A stretch of DNA of 64,000 nt from Chiloscyllium plagiosum (lineage: Eukaryota): the NCBI RefSeq assembly GCF_004010195.1, contig NC_057718.1, forward strand, positions 6,876,474 to 6,940,473, in the 5' to 3' direction. Every line of letters starts with the position of its first letter. The stretch's first letter is position 1. The notes below the pieces were generated by a model. That model saw only the letters and a program-made list of their open reading frames with translations, made no database searches and was not told the origin of the DNA. Made by a program: the position numbers and the translations under genes. Positions 23,775 to 36,429 of the stretch are shown piece after piece.

Positions 23775-26700
23775 GGATGTCACCGATCGGCTGCAGAGCA
23801 TTCTGAAAGGGGAGGGTGAACAGCCAGTTGTCGTGGTGCATAGAGGCACCAACGATACAAGAAAAAACAAGAAAAGGTCCTGAAAGCAAAATTCAGGGAG
23901 CTAGGAGAGAATTAAAGAGGAGGACCTCAAAGGTAGTGATCTCAGTATTGCTACCAGTGCCACATGCTAGCCAGGGTAGAAATGAAAGAATGGCAGGATG
24001 AACACGTGGCTTGATGATGTTGTAGGAGGGAGGAGTTCAGATCTGTGGGACATTGGGACCGGTTCTGTGGAAGGTGGGACTATTATAAATTGGATGGTCT
24101 ACGCCTGAACCAGACCCGGAACAAATGCCCTTGGGGGAGTTTTTGCTACTGCTGTTGGGGAGGATTTAACCTAATGTGGCAAGGGGCTGGAAACCAGAAG
24201 AGAAGACTGGTAGACAGTGAGGTGGAAACGAGAGACTGGAAGGAACAGGATCATGAAGTTAGCATTACCAAAGGAAAGAGTAGACAGGAAGTAGGTGAAC
24301 ACAAAAGACCTTTAATGAAAGGAGTATCATGGGTAAGACAGACAAACTTAGGCCTTGGATTGGTGCCCGGGAGTTTGACGTTATTGTGATCACAGAGACT
24401 AGATTGAAGGAAGGGCATGATTGGCAACTAAATATTCCAGGATACAAATGTTTCAGACAGCACAGGGAGGGAAGTAAAAGTTGGAGGGGTGGAGTTGCAT
24501 TGCTGTTCAGGGATGATATCATGGCTGTGCTAAAGGAGGACACTATGGAGGGCTTGAGCAGTGAGGCATTATGGGTAGAGCTGAGAAATAAGAAGGGTGC
24601 AGTTACATTGTTGGGGCTGTACTACAAGCCTCCCAACAGTGAGTGTGAGGTAGAAGAACAAATAGGCAAACAGATTATGGAAAGATGTAGAGGCAACATG
24701 GTAGTGGTGATGGGAGATTTTAATTTTCCTAACATTGACTGGGATGCACTTAGTGTCAGAGGTCTAGATGTGGCAGAATTTGTAAGGAGCGTCCAGGAAA
24801 GTTTTCTAGAGCAGTATGTCAATAGTCCAACGAGGTAAGGGGCCATATTGGACCTGGTGTTGAGGAATGAGCCAGGCCAGGTGATAGAAGTTGCAGTGGG
24901 GGATTTCTTTGGGAATAGTGACCACAATTCTGTAAGTTTTAGAATACTCATAGACAAAGATGAAAGTGGTCCTTAGGGAAGAGTACTAAATTGGGCCAAG
25001 GCCAATTATATCGAAAATTCAGCAGGAGCTGGGAAATGTGGATTAGGGGCAGCTATTTGAAGGGAAGTCCATATTTGATGTGTGGGAGGCTTTCCAAGAT
25101 AGGTTGAAGATAATGCTGGATAGGCATGTCCCTTTGAAAACAAGGGCTAGGAAAGGCAAGATTCATGAACTGTGGATGACAGGAGAAATTGTGTGACTAG
25201 CCAAGAGGAAAAGGGAAGTGTACATAAGGTCCAGGCAGCTAAGAACAGGCTTTGGAGGAATATCGAGAGAGTTGGACCAATCTTAAATGAGGAATCAAGC
25301 AAGCTAAAAGGGGTCATGAAATAACTTTAGCGAGCAGAATTAAAGGGAATCCCAAAGCCTTTTATTCAGATATATAAGAGGCAAAAGGGTAACTAGAGAA
25401 AGTGTTGGTTCACTAAATGATAAGGAAGGAAGGCTGTGTGTCGAACCAGAAAAAATGGGTGAGATTCTGAATGATTACTTTGCATCAGTGTTCACTGAGG
25501 AGAGGGACATGATGAATGTTGAGATTAGAGATAGAAGTTTGTTTACTCTGGATCTCGTTGCCATAAGGAGGGAAGATGTGTTGGATAGGCTAAAGGATAT
25601 TAAGGTGGACAAAACCCCAGGACCGGATGGGATCTATCCCAGGTTGCTGAGGGAGGCAAGAGAGAAAATAGTTGGGGCCCTGACAGATATCTTTGTAGCA
25701 TCCTTAAACACAGGTGAAGTGCTAGAAGACTAGAGGGTTGCTCATGTTGTCCCCCTGTACAAGAAGGGTAGTAGGGATATTCCAGGTAACTACAGACCAG
25801 TGGGCCTGATGTCAGTGGCAGGAAAGTTGCTGGAAAAGGTACTGAGAGATAGGATCTATGTATATTTGAAAGACAATGGGCTTACCAGTGATAGGCAACA
25901 TGGTTTTGTGTGGGGGAGATCATGCCTTACCAACTTAATAGATTTCTTTGAGGAAGTGACCAAGTTGATAGATGAAGGAAGGGCTGTAGATGTCATATAC
26001 ATGGACTTTAGTAAGGTGTTTGATAAGGTTCCCAATGGTAAACTAATGGAGAAAGTGAATCGCATGGTGTGCAGGGTGTTCTAGCTAGGTGGATAGAGAA
26101 CTGGTTGATTAACAGGACACAGAGAGTAGTAGTTGAAGAGAGTTTCTCGAAATGGAGAAAGGTGACCAGTGATGTTCCACAGGGGTCAGTGTTGGGGACA
26201 CTGTTGTTTGTGATATACATATATGATCTGGAAGAGGGCCCTATTGGTATGATCAGCAAGTTTGCAGATGACACGAAGATTATGGAGTAGCAGAAAGCAT
26301 AGGGGACTGTCAAATAATACAGGAGATTATAGACAGACTAGAGAATTAGGCGGAGAAGTGGCAGATGGAGTTCAATCCGGGCAAGTGTGAGGTAATGCAT
26401 TTTAGAAGTCTAACTCTAGAGGGAACTATACTCTAAATGGAAGAGCCTTGGGTAAAGTTGATGAGCACAGAGATCTGGGAGTGCAGGTCCATTGTACCCT
26501 GAAAGTGCATAGACAAGTGGATAGAGTGGTCAAGAAGGCATATAGCATGCTTGCCTTCATCGGACGGGGTATTGAGTATAAGAGCTGGAAGGTCATGTGA
26601 AAATTGTACAAGACAATGGTTCGGCCACATTTAGAATACTGTTACAGTTCTGGTCTCCACATTACCAAAAGGATGTGCACACTTTGGAGACGGTACAGAG

Positions 26701-26815
26701 AAGGTATACGAGGATGTTGCTTGGTATGGAAGGTGCTAGCTATGAAGAGAGGTTGTGCAGGTTAGAATTGTGTTCATTATAAAAAAAGAGATTGAGGGGG
26801 GACCTGATTGAGATT
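23775..26815 (+). mobile_element. Near-full-length degenerate CR1 LINE (ORF1 esterase-like remnant, APE endonuclease, RT), 3' truncated
   Basis: ORF1-like EGEQPVVVVHRGTND and KVVISVLLPVP; endonuclease DVIVITET..GGVALL..VVMGDFNFPNIDW..GNSDH; RT KTPGPDGIYPRLL, QHGF..GRSCLTNL, YMDFSKVFDKV, VPQGSVLG, KFADDTK. Many stops and frameshifts. Confidence 0.95.
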
Positions 26816-27569
26816 TAGCCTGTGCACGTCGAATCTCCTGTTCCCTGGATGCTGCCTGACCTGCTGTGCTGTTCCAGCAATAAAGTTTCAACTTTACTTT
26901 GTAACCCACAACATCCTTCAGCACTATCCACAACTCTGCCTACTTTAGTGTCATCCGTAAATTTACTAACCAATCCTTCTACATCCACATCCAGATCATT
27001 TATAAAAATGACAAACAGCAGTGGCCCCAAAACAAATCCTTGATGTACACCACTTGTAACAGAGCTCCAGAATGAGCATTTCCCATTAACCACCCCCCTC
27101 TGTCTTCTTTCAGCTAGCCAATTTCTAATCCAAACCACTAAATCACCTTCAATCCCGAAACTCCATATTTTGTGCAACAGACTACTGTGTGGAACCTTAT
27201 CACATGCCTCATTGAAGTCCTATCTGCCAACAACTTCTCATGTCCTCTCCTGGTTCTTCTTAGCCTTCTGTTTAGATCTTTTCTGGCTGATGTATAACTC
27301 TCAAGCCCCTTAACTGAGCCTTCTTGCCTCATCCTCACATAAGCCTCCTTTTTCCTCTTGACAAGAGCTTTAATTTCTCTAGTAAACTGTGGCTCCCTCT
27401 GTCGATAAGTACCTCCCTGCCTGATAGGTATATACATATCAAGGACCCGTAGTAGCTGTTCCTTGAATAAGCTTCATATTTCAAGTGTGCCCATCCCCTG
27501 TAGTTTCCTTCCCCATCCTATGCATCCTTAATCTTGCCTAGTTGCATCATAATTGCCTTTCCCCCAATT

Positions 27570-27755
27570 ATTGGACTGGTGCTGGAAGAGCACAGCAGTT
27601 TAGGCAGCATCCGAGGAGCAATAAAACCGACGTTTCGGGCAAAAGCCCTTTATTTTACTACTCCTTGGATGCTGCCTGAACTGCTGTGCTCTTCCAGCAC
27701 CACTAATCTAGAATCTAGTTTCCAGCATCTGCAGTCATTGTTTTTACCTAGTTGA
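27570..27755. mobile_element. Palindromic PLE-derived mini-insertion (family B)
   Basis: GGTGCTGGAAGAGCACAGCAG..GACGTTTCGGGCAAAAGCCC / CTGCTGTGCTCTTCCAGCACC; flanked by TTTCCCCCAATTA / TTTCCCCTAATTA. Confidence 0.8.
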
Positions 27756-28864
27756 TTTTTTCCCCTAATTACACCTCTTTCCCTGCGGTATATACCTAGC
27801 CCTGCCCATTGCTATTGTAAACATAAGCGAATTATGGTCACTATCACCCAAAGTGCTCACCTGCCTCCAAATCTAACACCTGGCCATGTTCATTCCCCAG
27901 TACCAAATCCAATATGGTATCGCCCCTTGTTGGCCCCTGTCTACATACTGTGTCAGAAAAACCTCCTGCACACATTGAACAAAACTATCCCACGTAAACT
28001 ATTTGAACAATAGTATTCCCAGTCAATATTGGGGATGTTAAAGTCCCCATAACAACTACCCTGTTACTCTCGCTCTAATCGAGAATCATCTCATTTGTGG
28101 AGAGAAAGTAGAGTTAACATTTTGAGTCCAGTGACCCTTCCTCATCAGAACTAATGCCAGATCTGCTGAGTTTCCTCCAGTAATTTCTGTATTCTTTTCC
28201 AACATCTGTTTTTCTTGGTTTTCTTTCGAAAGTTGGGAAGTTGGCAAGGAGGGAGTTGGTGTAATTGAGCTTAATGGTTTGGGGATACAGATAGTGGAGT
28301 CACTTATATATTCAGACCACTAGCTGAAGACGCACTCATTGGATTCAATGCATGTCCCATGTACATCTTTAGAACCTTTAGTCCTCTTCTATTGTAGATA
28401 TTCATTTAGCTCTAGTTTTAAAGCAGTGCTTAGCACAACATTAATTATTCCTGCTGGAAGCAATTCTTTGTTTCAATGATCCTGTGTACATTTTTGTTTC
28501 TAATTTCAAATCTCACAAGTTCACCAGTTACACCCATCATCTGCCTTTCAGTTCACCATTTGGAGTGAACATCCAGCTTACATTTAGATTCATTGTTGAT
28601 CAATGATAATGAACTTTGACAGATTGGAGCCAATAAGTATCCATTTTCAGTCAAGCCACTGTCAGGATGAAATAACTGGAGACAGGAGGTGAATATACTG
28701 TTCTTGTGTCATCTCCCAAAAATTCCAAATTTCCCCAGTCAATCCATCAATCTCTACTCAACATCATCAAGGGTTTCAAAAGATGTTAACAATTGTTAAT
28801 CTTGGTACAATAATCTACATTGAAACACGTCAACCCTCCAAAGAAAAGCAAGAAGGCACCTTCC

Positions 28865-29357
28865 AATTTTCACGGATGCACCATAGAAAGCATTCTATCT
28901 GGATGCATCACGGCTTGGTGCGACAACCGCTCTGCCTAGGACCGTAAGAAAATACAGAGAGTTGTAAACATGGCCCAGTCCATCACACAAACCAACCTTC
29001 CATCCACTGACTCCATCGACACTTCTTGCTGTCTTAGGAAGGCAGTTAATATAATCAAAGATCCTATCCCAACCTGGTTATAACCTCTTCTGACCTCTTC
29101 CGTCAGACAGAACACAGCAAAGTTTAAACACACGTGCTACCAGATTCAAGAACAGGTTCTTCCCTACTGTCATTAGACTTCTGAAGGGACTTCTCAAATT
29201 TTAAATTAAATGTTGATCCCTTGTCTGCAGCTGTAACATTGTATTCCTCACTCTGTTCTATTGCCCTAATGCACTTTTGTATGCTATGATCTGCCTGTAC
29301 TGTACACAAAACAAAACATTTCACAGTACTTTGGTACATGTGACAATAATAAATCAA
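28865..29357 (+). mobile_element. Rex1/Babar-clade LINE 3' end
   Basis: Translates CTIESILSGCITAW..RKKIQRVVNMAQSIT; ends TGACAATAATAAATCAA. Confidence 0.85.
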
Positions 29358-29528
29358 GTTAAAAATATTCCAAAGTATGATATAGCTAATAAACCGACAG
29401 ACTACTTCTGAATAAAGTACTTCTGACGCATAGTCACAGTTATAATATAGGGATCACCCAGAATGTTCTGATCAAAACAGAAGACATGGAAAAAAGCTGA
29501 TGAATTTGCTAATTAAAAAACCCAACGA

Positions 29529-29879
29529 CCAGCTATCCCTAGTAGCCACACATGCAGACGACAAGCAACATGAATTTGATTGGGACAACACTACCATTAT
29601 AGGGCAAGCGAAACAAAGAACAGCCAGGGAATTCCTAGGAGCTTGGCACTCATCCACAAACTCCATCAACAAACACATCGACCTGGACCCAATATACCGG
29701 CCACTACAGCGGACAGCTGAAACTGACAACCAGAAGCAGCAGGGACAGGCCACTATAAATGCCGGAGGAAACACCACAGAAGCGCTTCACAGGAGGCTCC
29801 CAAGCACTGAGGATGTCACCTAGACAGGGGACGTAACGTTTGCAACAAAAACTTCCAGCTCGGCGAACAGAACCACAGC
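29529..29879 (+). mobile_element. Penelope-like element 3' end (GIY-YIG C-terminus plus mutated hammerhead, family C)
   Basis: SLVATHADDKQHEFDWDNTTIIGQAKQRTAREFLGAWHS..INKHIDLDPIY; GCACTGAGGATGTCACCTAGACAGGGGACGTAACGTTTGC (GAAA mutated to GTAA); imperfect TSD AAAAAACCCAACGA / AAAAAATCCAATGA. Confidence 0.88.
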
Positions 29880-30179
29880 AAAAAATCCAATGAGAAGTCT
29901 ATGACACTTTGATGAAATATCATGGTATACACAGACTGGAATCACCAAAGTCTACGTACGTTGCTCATATATTCCAATGTTGTTCTCTTTACTGACAGGC
30001 ACTAAGTGTGGACTGACTGATTTGTCTCCATAAATTTATTCGGCTCTCATGTTCGTACTGTCATGGAAGTAAAGACTGAGAGAAAAAGCCACTGTGAAAA
30101 GTTCCCAAGTTTCTCTCTGACCCCACGATCTCACTAGATGGCTTTCATTCAGAAAGCAATATGTGAAGAAGTGGCCCTA

Positions 30180-30995
30180 GTGGGGAGGTGATGGCCTGTG
30201 GTGTTAATGTTGGACTGTTGATCCAGTGACCCAGATAATGTTCTAGAGTCCTGGGTTCAATTCCTGCCATGGCAGATAGTGTAATTTGATTTCAGTGAAA
30301 ACCTGGAGTTAACAGACAATTACAACATTTAAAAGGCATCTGGATGGAAAAATGAATAGGAAGGGTTTGGAGGGAGATGGGGCAAGTGGTAGCGAATGGG
30401 CCTAGATTAATTTAGGGTATCTGGTCAGTATGGCTGAGTTGGACCAAAGGTCTATTTCTGTACTGTACATCTTTATTATTCCATGATGACTATGAATCGA
30501 TTGTCAGGAAAAACCCACCTGGTTCACTAATGTCCTTTAGGGAAGGAAACTGTCATCCTTACCAGATTACATTAGATTAGATTATATTACAGTGTGGAAA
30601 CAGGCCCTTCGGCCCAACAAGTCCACACCGACCCGCCGAAACGAAACCCACCCATACCCCTACATTTACCCCTTACCTAACACTACGGGCAATTTAGTAT
30701 GGCCAATTCACCTGACCTGCACATCTTTGGACTGTGGGAGGAAACCAGAGCACCTGGAGGAAACCCACGCAGACACGGGGAGAATGTGCAAACTCCACAC
30801 AGTCAGTCGCCTGAGGCGGGAATTGAACCCAAGTCTCAGGCACTGTGAGGCAGCAGTGCTAACCACTGTGCCAGCGTGCCGCCCACAATCTGGCCTACAT
30901 GTGACTCCAGACCCACAGCAATGTGGTTGACCCCGACAGTTAGGGATGGGCAATGAATGCTGGGCTGGCCAGCGATTCCCTCATCCTGTGAATGA
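30180..30995 (+). mobile_element. Second tRNA-derived SINE family with a nested CR1 tail (~30315-30485) and nested HE1 (minus, ~30566-30885)
   Basis: Head GGGGAGGTGATGGCC..GGGTTCAATTCCTGCCATGGCAG; tail TAGGGATGGGCAATGAATGCTGG..GAATGAATAAA shared with the CR1/L2-clade LINE. Related copies near 14990-15320, 39888-40170, 52063-52520 and 54691-55310. Confidence 0.8.
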
Positions 30996-31145
30996 ATAAA
31001 TTAAAGTCAAGAAGTTTTTTAAGACAAGATGTGTATAAAGTTCATCGTGTTTGGGAGGAGCAGGTGTCTTTGTTCAAGAACAAGCATAGAGAACATTGCG
31101 AAAACTCAGCCGGTCTGGCAGCATCTGTGGAGAGAGAAAAACAGA

Positions 31146-31181
31146 GTCAATGTTTCGAGTCGAGTGACCCTTCTTCAGAAC
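31146..31181 (-). ncRNA. Minimal hammerhead ribozyme motif (family D) in a short PLE-derived repeat (~31090-31182)
   Basis: Minus strand reads GUU-CUGAAGA-A-GGGUC(ACUC)GACUC-GAAA-CA-UU/GAC. Confidence 0.7.
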
Positions 31182-31664
31182 ATAACAGTTATTCAGACTC
31201 ATTTTTGAAAAACTCTTTCATGGGACATGGACGTCATTGGCTGGGCCAGGATTTATTGCCCATCCCTAATTGCCCAGAGGGATAGTTAAAGAGCCAACTG
31301 CATTCCTGTGGGTCTGGAGTCAGGTGCTTTCCCTCAAGGACATTAGTGAACCGGATATGTGTTTTTCCCCCGTCAACAATGGATTCATGGTAACCATTAG
31401 ATTCTTATTTCCAGACTTTATTGAATTCAAATTCCACATCTATCATAGCAGCATTCAAATCTGAGACCCCAGAACATTACCTGGATCGCTGAATTAATAG
31501 GTTTAGTTAAAATATCACAAAGTTATCACCTCCCTTTGCTGCATCAACTCTGTCTCCACAAATGCTGGTAGGCCTGCTGAGTTTCTCCAGCATTCTCTAT
31601 GCTTGGTTCTGACTTCCAGACTTCAAGGTAATTTGTCGTTATCACTTTGTTCCAAACGGACAAA

Positions 31665-32620
31665 CGATCAAAGAACAGAACAGTACAGGAGCAGGCCCTT
31701 TGGCCCACCAATCTTGTGCCAACATGCTTTTCGAATTTAATAGCATCTTGCCTCTATGCGGTCTTGATGCCTCTGTTCCCTGTCTGTTCAGTATCTGTCA
31801 AGATGTCTCTTAAATGTTGCTATTGTATCTGCTTCTACCCCCCTCCTCTGGCAGCGCATTCCAACCACTCTGTGTAAAACATCTGCCTCTCACATCCCTT
31901 TAACATCGCCCCTGCTACCTTAAACCTATGTCCCCTAGTAATTGACATTTCTGCGCTGGAAAAACAGACTCTGACTATCCATTCTATTCATGCCTGTTGT
32001 AACTTTGTAAAAGTCTGTCAGCTTGCCCCTCAACCTTTGTATTTCTACGGAAAACAAACCAACTTTGTCCAGTCTCTTTTCACAGCTAATACCCTCCAAA
32101 TCAGGCAACATCCTGGTAAATTCTTTCTGTACCCTCTTCAAAGCCTCCACGTCCTTCTGGTCATGTGGCAACCAGAACTGTGCGTAATATTCCAAATGTG
32201 GCCTAGCTAAAGTTCTATACAGCTGCAACACGACTTGCCAATTATTAAACTGTACGCCCTGACTGAAGGCAAGCAAGCTGTATGCTTTCTTGACCAACTT
32301 ATCCACTTGTGTTTCCACTTTCAGGGAACTATGGATCGATAAGCCTAGATGCCTTTGTATGTTGATTCTTCTAATGTTTCTGTCATTGACTGTGTACCTC
32401 CCTCCTGTATTAGACCTTCCAAAATGCATCACCTCGTATTTATCCAGATAAAATTCCATCTGCCCACATCTCTGGCATATCTCTATCCTGCTGTATCCTC
32501 TGGCAATTGTCCATACTAACTGCAGCTCCCCCAATCTTTGTGTCATCCGCAAGCTTATTGATTAGGCCATCTATATTTTAATGCATATATATTACAAACA
32601 GCAGGGCTCCCAGCACTGAT
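31665..32620 (-). mobile_element. CR1 LINE 3' fragment
   Basis: ORF 31935-32552 QMEF..KYEVMHFGRSN..LYRTLARPHLEYYAQFW..LKRVQKEFTRMLP. Confidence 0.92.
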
Positions 32621-35172
32621 CACCATGATCCCCAAAGATTTCCAGCTTTTGGAGTTTTCCTTAGCTCGCTGGATTATGTATCAATTTAAATGATGGCAGA
32701 TGCACTAGATGGATCTTGTTTTGTTTTTGTCCTCTGCTGTACTACAATGTTATACCATTAGAATGATCATGATTTGTCAGATGTTTTATTGTCCCGATGT
32801 GGTTAACACCTTATTTTCAGAATCAAATATTTCGCCGATTCACCTTTAATCAAATTCTAACTGGCGTCATAGAAAAGTAGGTTTAACAAGACATAACTTA
32901 GTTCCACCCCAAACCTTAATTCCTCCTAGAAACTGCTTCCTCCCCAAGGTTGGATGCAGTGAACCTACTGTGACATGACCAAGGGTAGCGTGTGTCTGGT
33001 TTTTACAACCAACCCACTGCGCAATGTTCAAACGCTCACAACGTTGCTGAGAAGGGCCATATGTGGCATGAATGGTGTGAAAAGTCTTCGACAATCTGAC
33101 TTTAAATCCAACAGAATAAAACTAAGAACAGAATCGGTTCTGATAAAGAAGGCTTTCTGGATTTGAAACATTAACTCTCTGCAGATGCTGCCAGACCTGC
33201 TGAGTTTCTCCAGCAATTTCTGTTTTTGTTTCTTTGAATCCAACAGAGACCTCTGAGGCTTACCGAGCAACTGTTGAGAGATTTAATATAAATTTCTAAA
33301 AAATAAAAAGCAGATTTAAGATAAAGTAAGAAGCTGTCCCCCAGAGAAAATGGATTCAAAATTCAATTTAATCACTGGGCTAGAGCTCTAAGGTTACAGT
33401 ATCAAAGGTGGATGAATGGAGTTCTGATAGGCCCGAGCTTACTGAATGGTGGAACTAACTCTATCTCAGGATTTTGTGGACCTTTAATTTTTTTATTCAT
33501 TTGGGGATGAGGACAATGCTGACTAACCCAACATTTATTATCCATCCTTAATTGTCCTGGAGCTGTCTTCTGGAGCCACTGCAGTACATGTGCTGTGGGT
33601 TGATCCACAATGTTGTTAGGAAAAGAATTCCATAGTTTTAACCCAGTGACACTAGGAGGCATATCTCTACATCAGGATAGTGAGTGACTTGGAGGGGGAG
33701 TTGCAGGTGGTGGTATTCCCATGTAGCTGCTGCTCTTGCCCTTCGAGATAGAAGTGGTCATGAGTTTAGAAGGTGCTCTCTGAAGATCCTTGGTGGGTTG
33801 CTACAGTATACCTTGTAGATAGCACACACTGCAGCTACTGAGCATCACTGGAATGAAGCCTAAGTTGGTGGATGCTGGGTCAGTTTGATAGACTTTAAAA
33901 TGTGTTGCTGGAAAAGCGCAGCAGGTCAGGCAGCATCAAAGGAACAGGAGAATTGACGTTTCGGGCATAAGCCCTTCTTCATTTTTAAGCTCTGATCTCC
34001 AGCATCTGCAGTCCTCACTTTCTCTCAGTTTGATAGACTGTCTAGTTCTGAGTGCTGTTGAGCTTCTTGAGTGTTGTTGGAGCTGCACCCATCCAGGCAA
34101 GTGGGGAATGTTCCATCAACACTCCTAACTTATGACTTGCAGATTTGGACAAGCTTTGGGGTATCAGGATGAGAGTTCCTCCCACTGCAGAATTCCCAAC
34201 CTCTGACCTGTTCTCATGCTTATTTGGCACGTCCAGTTGAGTTTCAGAACAATAGCAATTCCCAATGAAGTGGACAGTGGGGAATTCAGTGATAGCACAC
34301 TATTGCATGCCAAGGGTCAATGATCATCTCTCATCTTGTTGGAAATGGTCATTATCAGGCTCCGGCTTTCCTTCTAAACTGTGTAACTGCTCCATGCAAT
34401 CACCTTTCACGGCGTTGACTTCTGGATCTGGAGTTCACTACCACACACAGACGCTGGAGGTCCACGCAGGAGAAAACACATGAAAAGGAACAATGCTTGA
34501 CACTTGTCAGCCCAAGCCTGAATATTGTCGCGATCTTATTGCATTTGAACATGGACTGCCTCAGTATTTGAGGAGTCGTGAAGGTTACTGAACATTGTGC
34601 AATCATCGGTGAACACCTCCACTTCTGACCTTATGATGGAGGGAGGTCACTGATGAAGCAGCTGGAGATGTGGGAACGAGGACACTACCCTCAGCAACTC
34701 CTGCAGAGATGTCCTGGAGCTGAGATGACTGACCTCCAACAGCCACAACCAGCTCCCTTTGTGCCTGGTATGATTCCAATGAGCAGAGAGATTACCCTCT
34801 GAGTCCAATTGACTGCAGTTTTGTTAAGGCTCCTCTGTTCTATCAGGAAGGTTAGAGTTGTGCCGGAAAAGCACAGCAGGTCAAGCAACATCCGAGGAGC
34901 AGGAAAATCGCTGTTTCGGGAAAAAGCCCTTCATCGGGAATGGTCTATCTGGGAACTGGTTAGCTCAGTTGGCTTGTTTGGAGTATTGCTTAAAACCAAT
35001 AATAAGGGTTCTGTCCCACACACTGGCTGAGGCTACTGTGACAGAAGTCTCCTCCTTAAGCTTTTCCCCTCACCTGTGATGTGGTGATCCTCAGGTTAAA
35101 CCTCTCTAATGAACAATCACCACAGTATGGTAGGACTGTGTAGCCTTTTATTTCAGTCATGTACTACCTCAT

Positions 35173-35266
35173 TGTTGTGGTTCTGTTCGCCGAGCTGGAA
35201 GTTTTTGTTGCAAACGTTTCGTCCCCTGGCTAGGCGACATCATCAGTGCTTGGGAGCCTCCTGCGA
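35173..35266 (-). mobile_element. 94-bp PLE 3'-end insertion consisting mainly of an intact hammerhead motif (family C)
   Basis: Homologous to 29780-29879; perfect 18-bp TSD AGTCATGTACTACCTCAT at 35155-35172 and 35267-35284. Confidence 0.9.
35210..35249 (-). ncRNA. Minimal type I hammerhead ribozyme motif, intact core
   Basis: GCA-CUGAUGA-U-GUCGCCU(AGCC)AGGGGAC-GAAA-CG-UU/UGC: core, stem II, palindromic ACGU stem III, GUU cleavage triplet, stem I GCA/UGC. Confidence 0.82.
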
Positions 35267-36429
35267 AGTCATGTACTACCTCATGTCAAGGGCAATCACT
35301 GTCACCTCACCTCTTTTGTTCATGTTTGGACCAAGGCTGTAATAGCAACAGAAGGTATATGGACCTGACAGAACCCAAACTGATTATCAAGAACAAGTTG
35401 CGTCTGAGTAATAGCATTCAATGGCACTCTTGACACCCATCATTGTGCTGAGTAGACTGATGATGGTGGTCAGTCTGGATTTGTCGCACGATTTGTGCTC
35501 AGGACATACTCAGGCAATGTTCCACGTCACTGGGTAGATGTTGGCATTGTAATAGTGCTGGGGACGGCATTGCTAGGGGCATGGCAAGTTCTGGAAAGTG
35601 GAGTGCATTCCTTAGAACTTAGACAATGAACACAAAGGTAATGTCTCATCCAGGATTCTCAGGCCAGATCCTGGCTGGAGAATTGATGTTCTCGGACTTG
35701 TTTCTGCAGTGCCTGCCGACAGATGGTTTCGCTTTGGACTCTTGCACTGTCTTGGGTCCTTTCTTGGTTCAGGGGCCTCAGCCCATGTGCCTGAGAAAAC
35801 AGATGGTAAGCCTTTCTTCACTGAGAGCAAAAATGGATAAAAAAAAACCTTTTGAAAAGAATGCCAACAATGTTCCAAGTCTTTTTGCTAAATACTCTAA
35901 AGACTGAGAGGCTCTTTTTTTGTGTGTGTTTCCTGATCTGCCAAGTAATCAGAATTCACCAGACAGATCATCCCAAAAAATGGTTTCACTCAGCTGTTAG
36001 CCTCAACATAGGCCCATCACCATGGTTACCATCAAGGTCAGAGCCATCTCTCAAGGTAGCTGAGATAATGCAAAGGAAGCTCTCACTTTTCAAATTGTTT
36101 TTTTAAACTCGTGTGTCTCACTCTCCAGCTGATCTTCGGAATATCTGCATTACATGTTTTCGAAAGTGTACTTCAGCTTATGAAACCACAAGAAAAATCT
36201 CAGAGCGCATCTGTCGGTGATGTTTGAACAATCAATGTTCTCTCAAGGGTTACTTATCCAATTATTTCCACTTCCATATTTAATAATAATTCATTTTTTA
36301 AAGAGAACAGTCTGTGGCTATTGCAACAGCAACAGCAAGAGGCCCTTCAAGGCATATCACCCAAGCCATTTTTGGTTGAAAATGATGACTAACAAGCACT
36401 CCCTTGATAGACGAAAAGTTTCTGTGTAC

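Larger units (their letters stand above)
22935..28085 (-). mobile_element. CR1 LINE (minus strand) split by a nested plus-strand CR1; pieces at ~22935-23755 and ~26895-28085
   Basis: 3' piece LYKTLVRPHLEYC..; continues after 26895 with VTSGVHQGFVLGPLLFVIFINDLD..SKFTDDTK and endonuclease-side remnants. Confidence 0.85.
33490..35595 (-). mobile_element. Old CR1/L2-clade LINE fragment with several nested insertions
   Basis: MEHSPLAWMGAAPTTLKKL motif (34042-34230); 3' tail TTAAGGATGGATAATAAATG on the minus strand; nested PLE minis at ~33895-34024, ~34850-34940 and 35173-35266. Confidence 0.75.

Noticed and set aside
23775..26815. Active RT/endonuclease gene
   Set aside because: Multiple stops and frameshifts and a missing 3' end; a dead copy.
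31027..31038. AGATGTGTATAA match to the Tn5 mosaic end
   Set aside because: Only 12 nt with no junction anomaly around it; compatible with chance.
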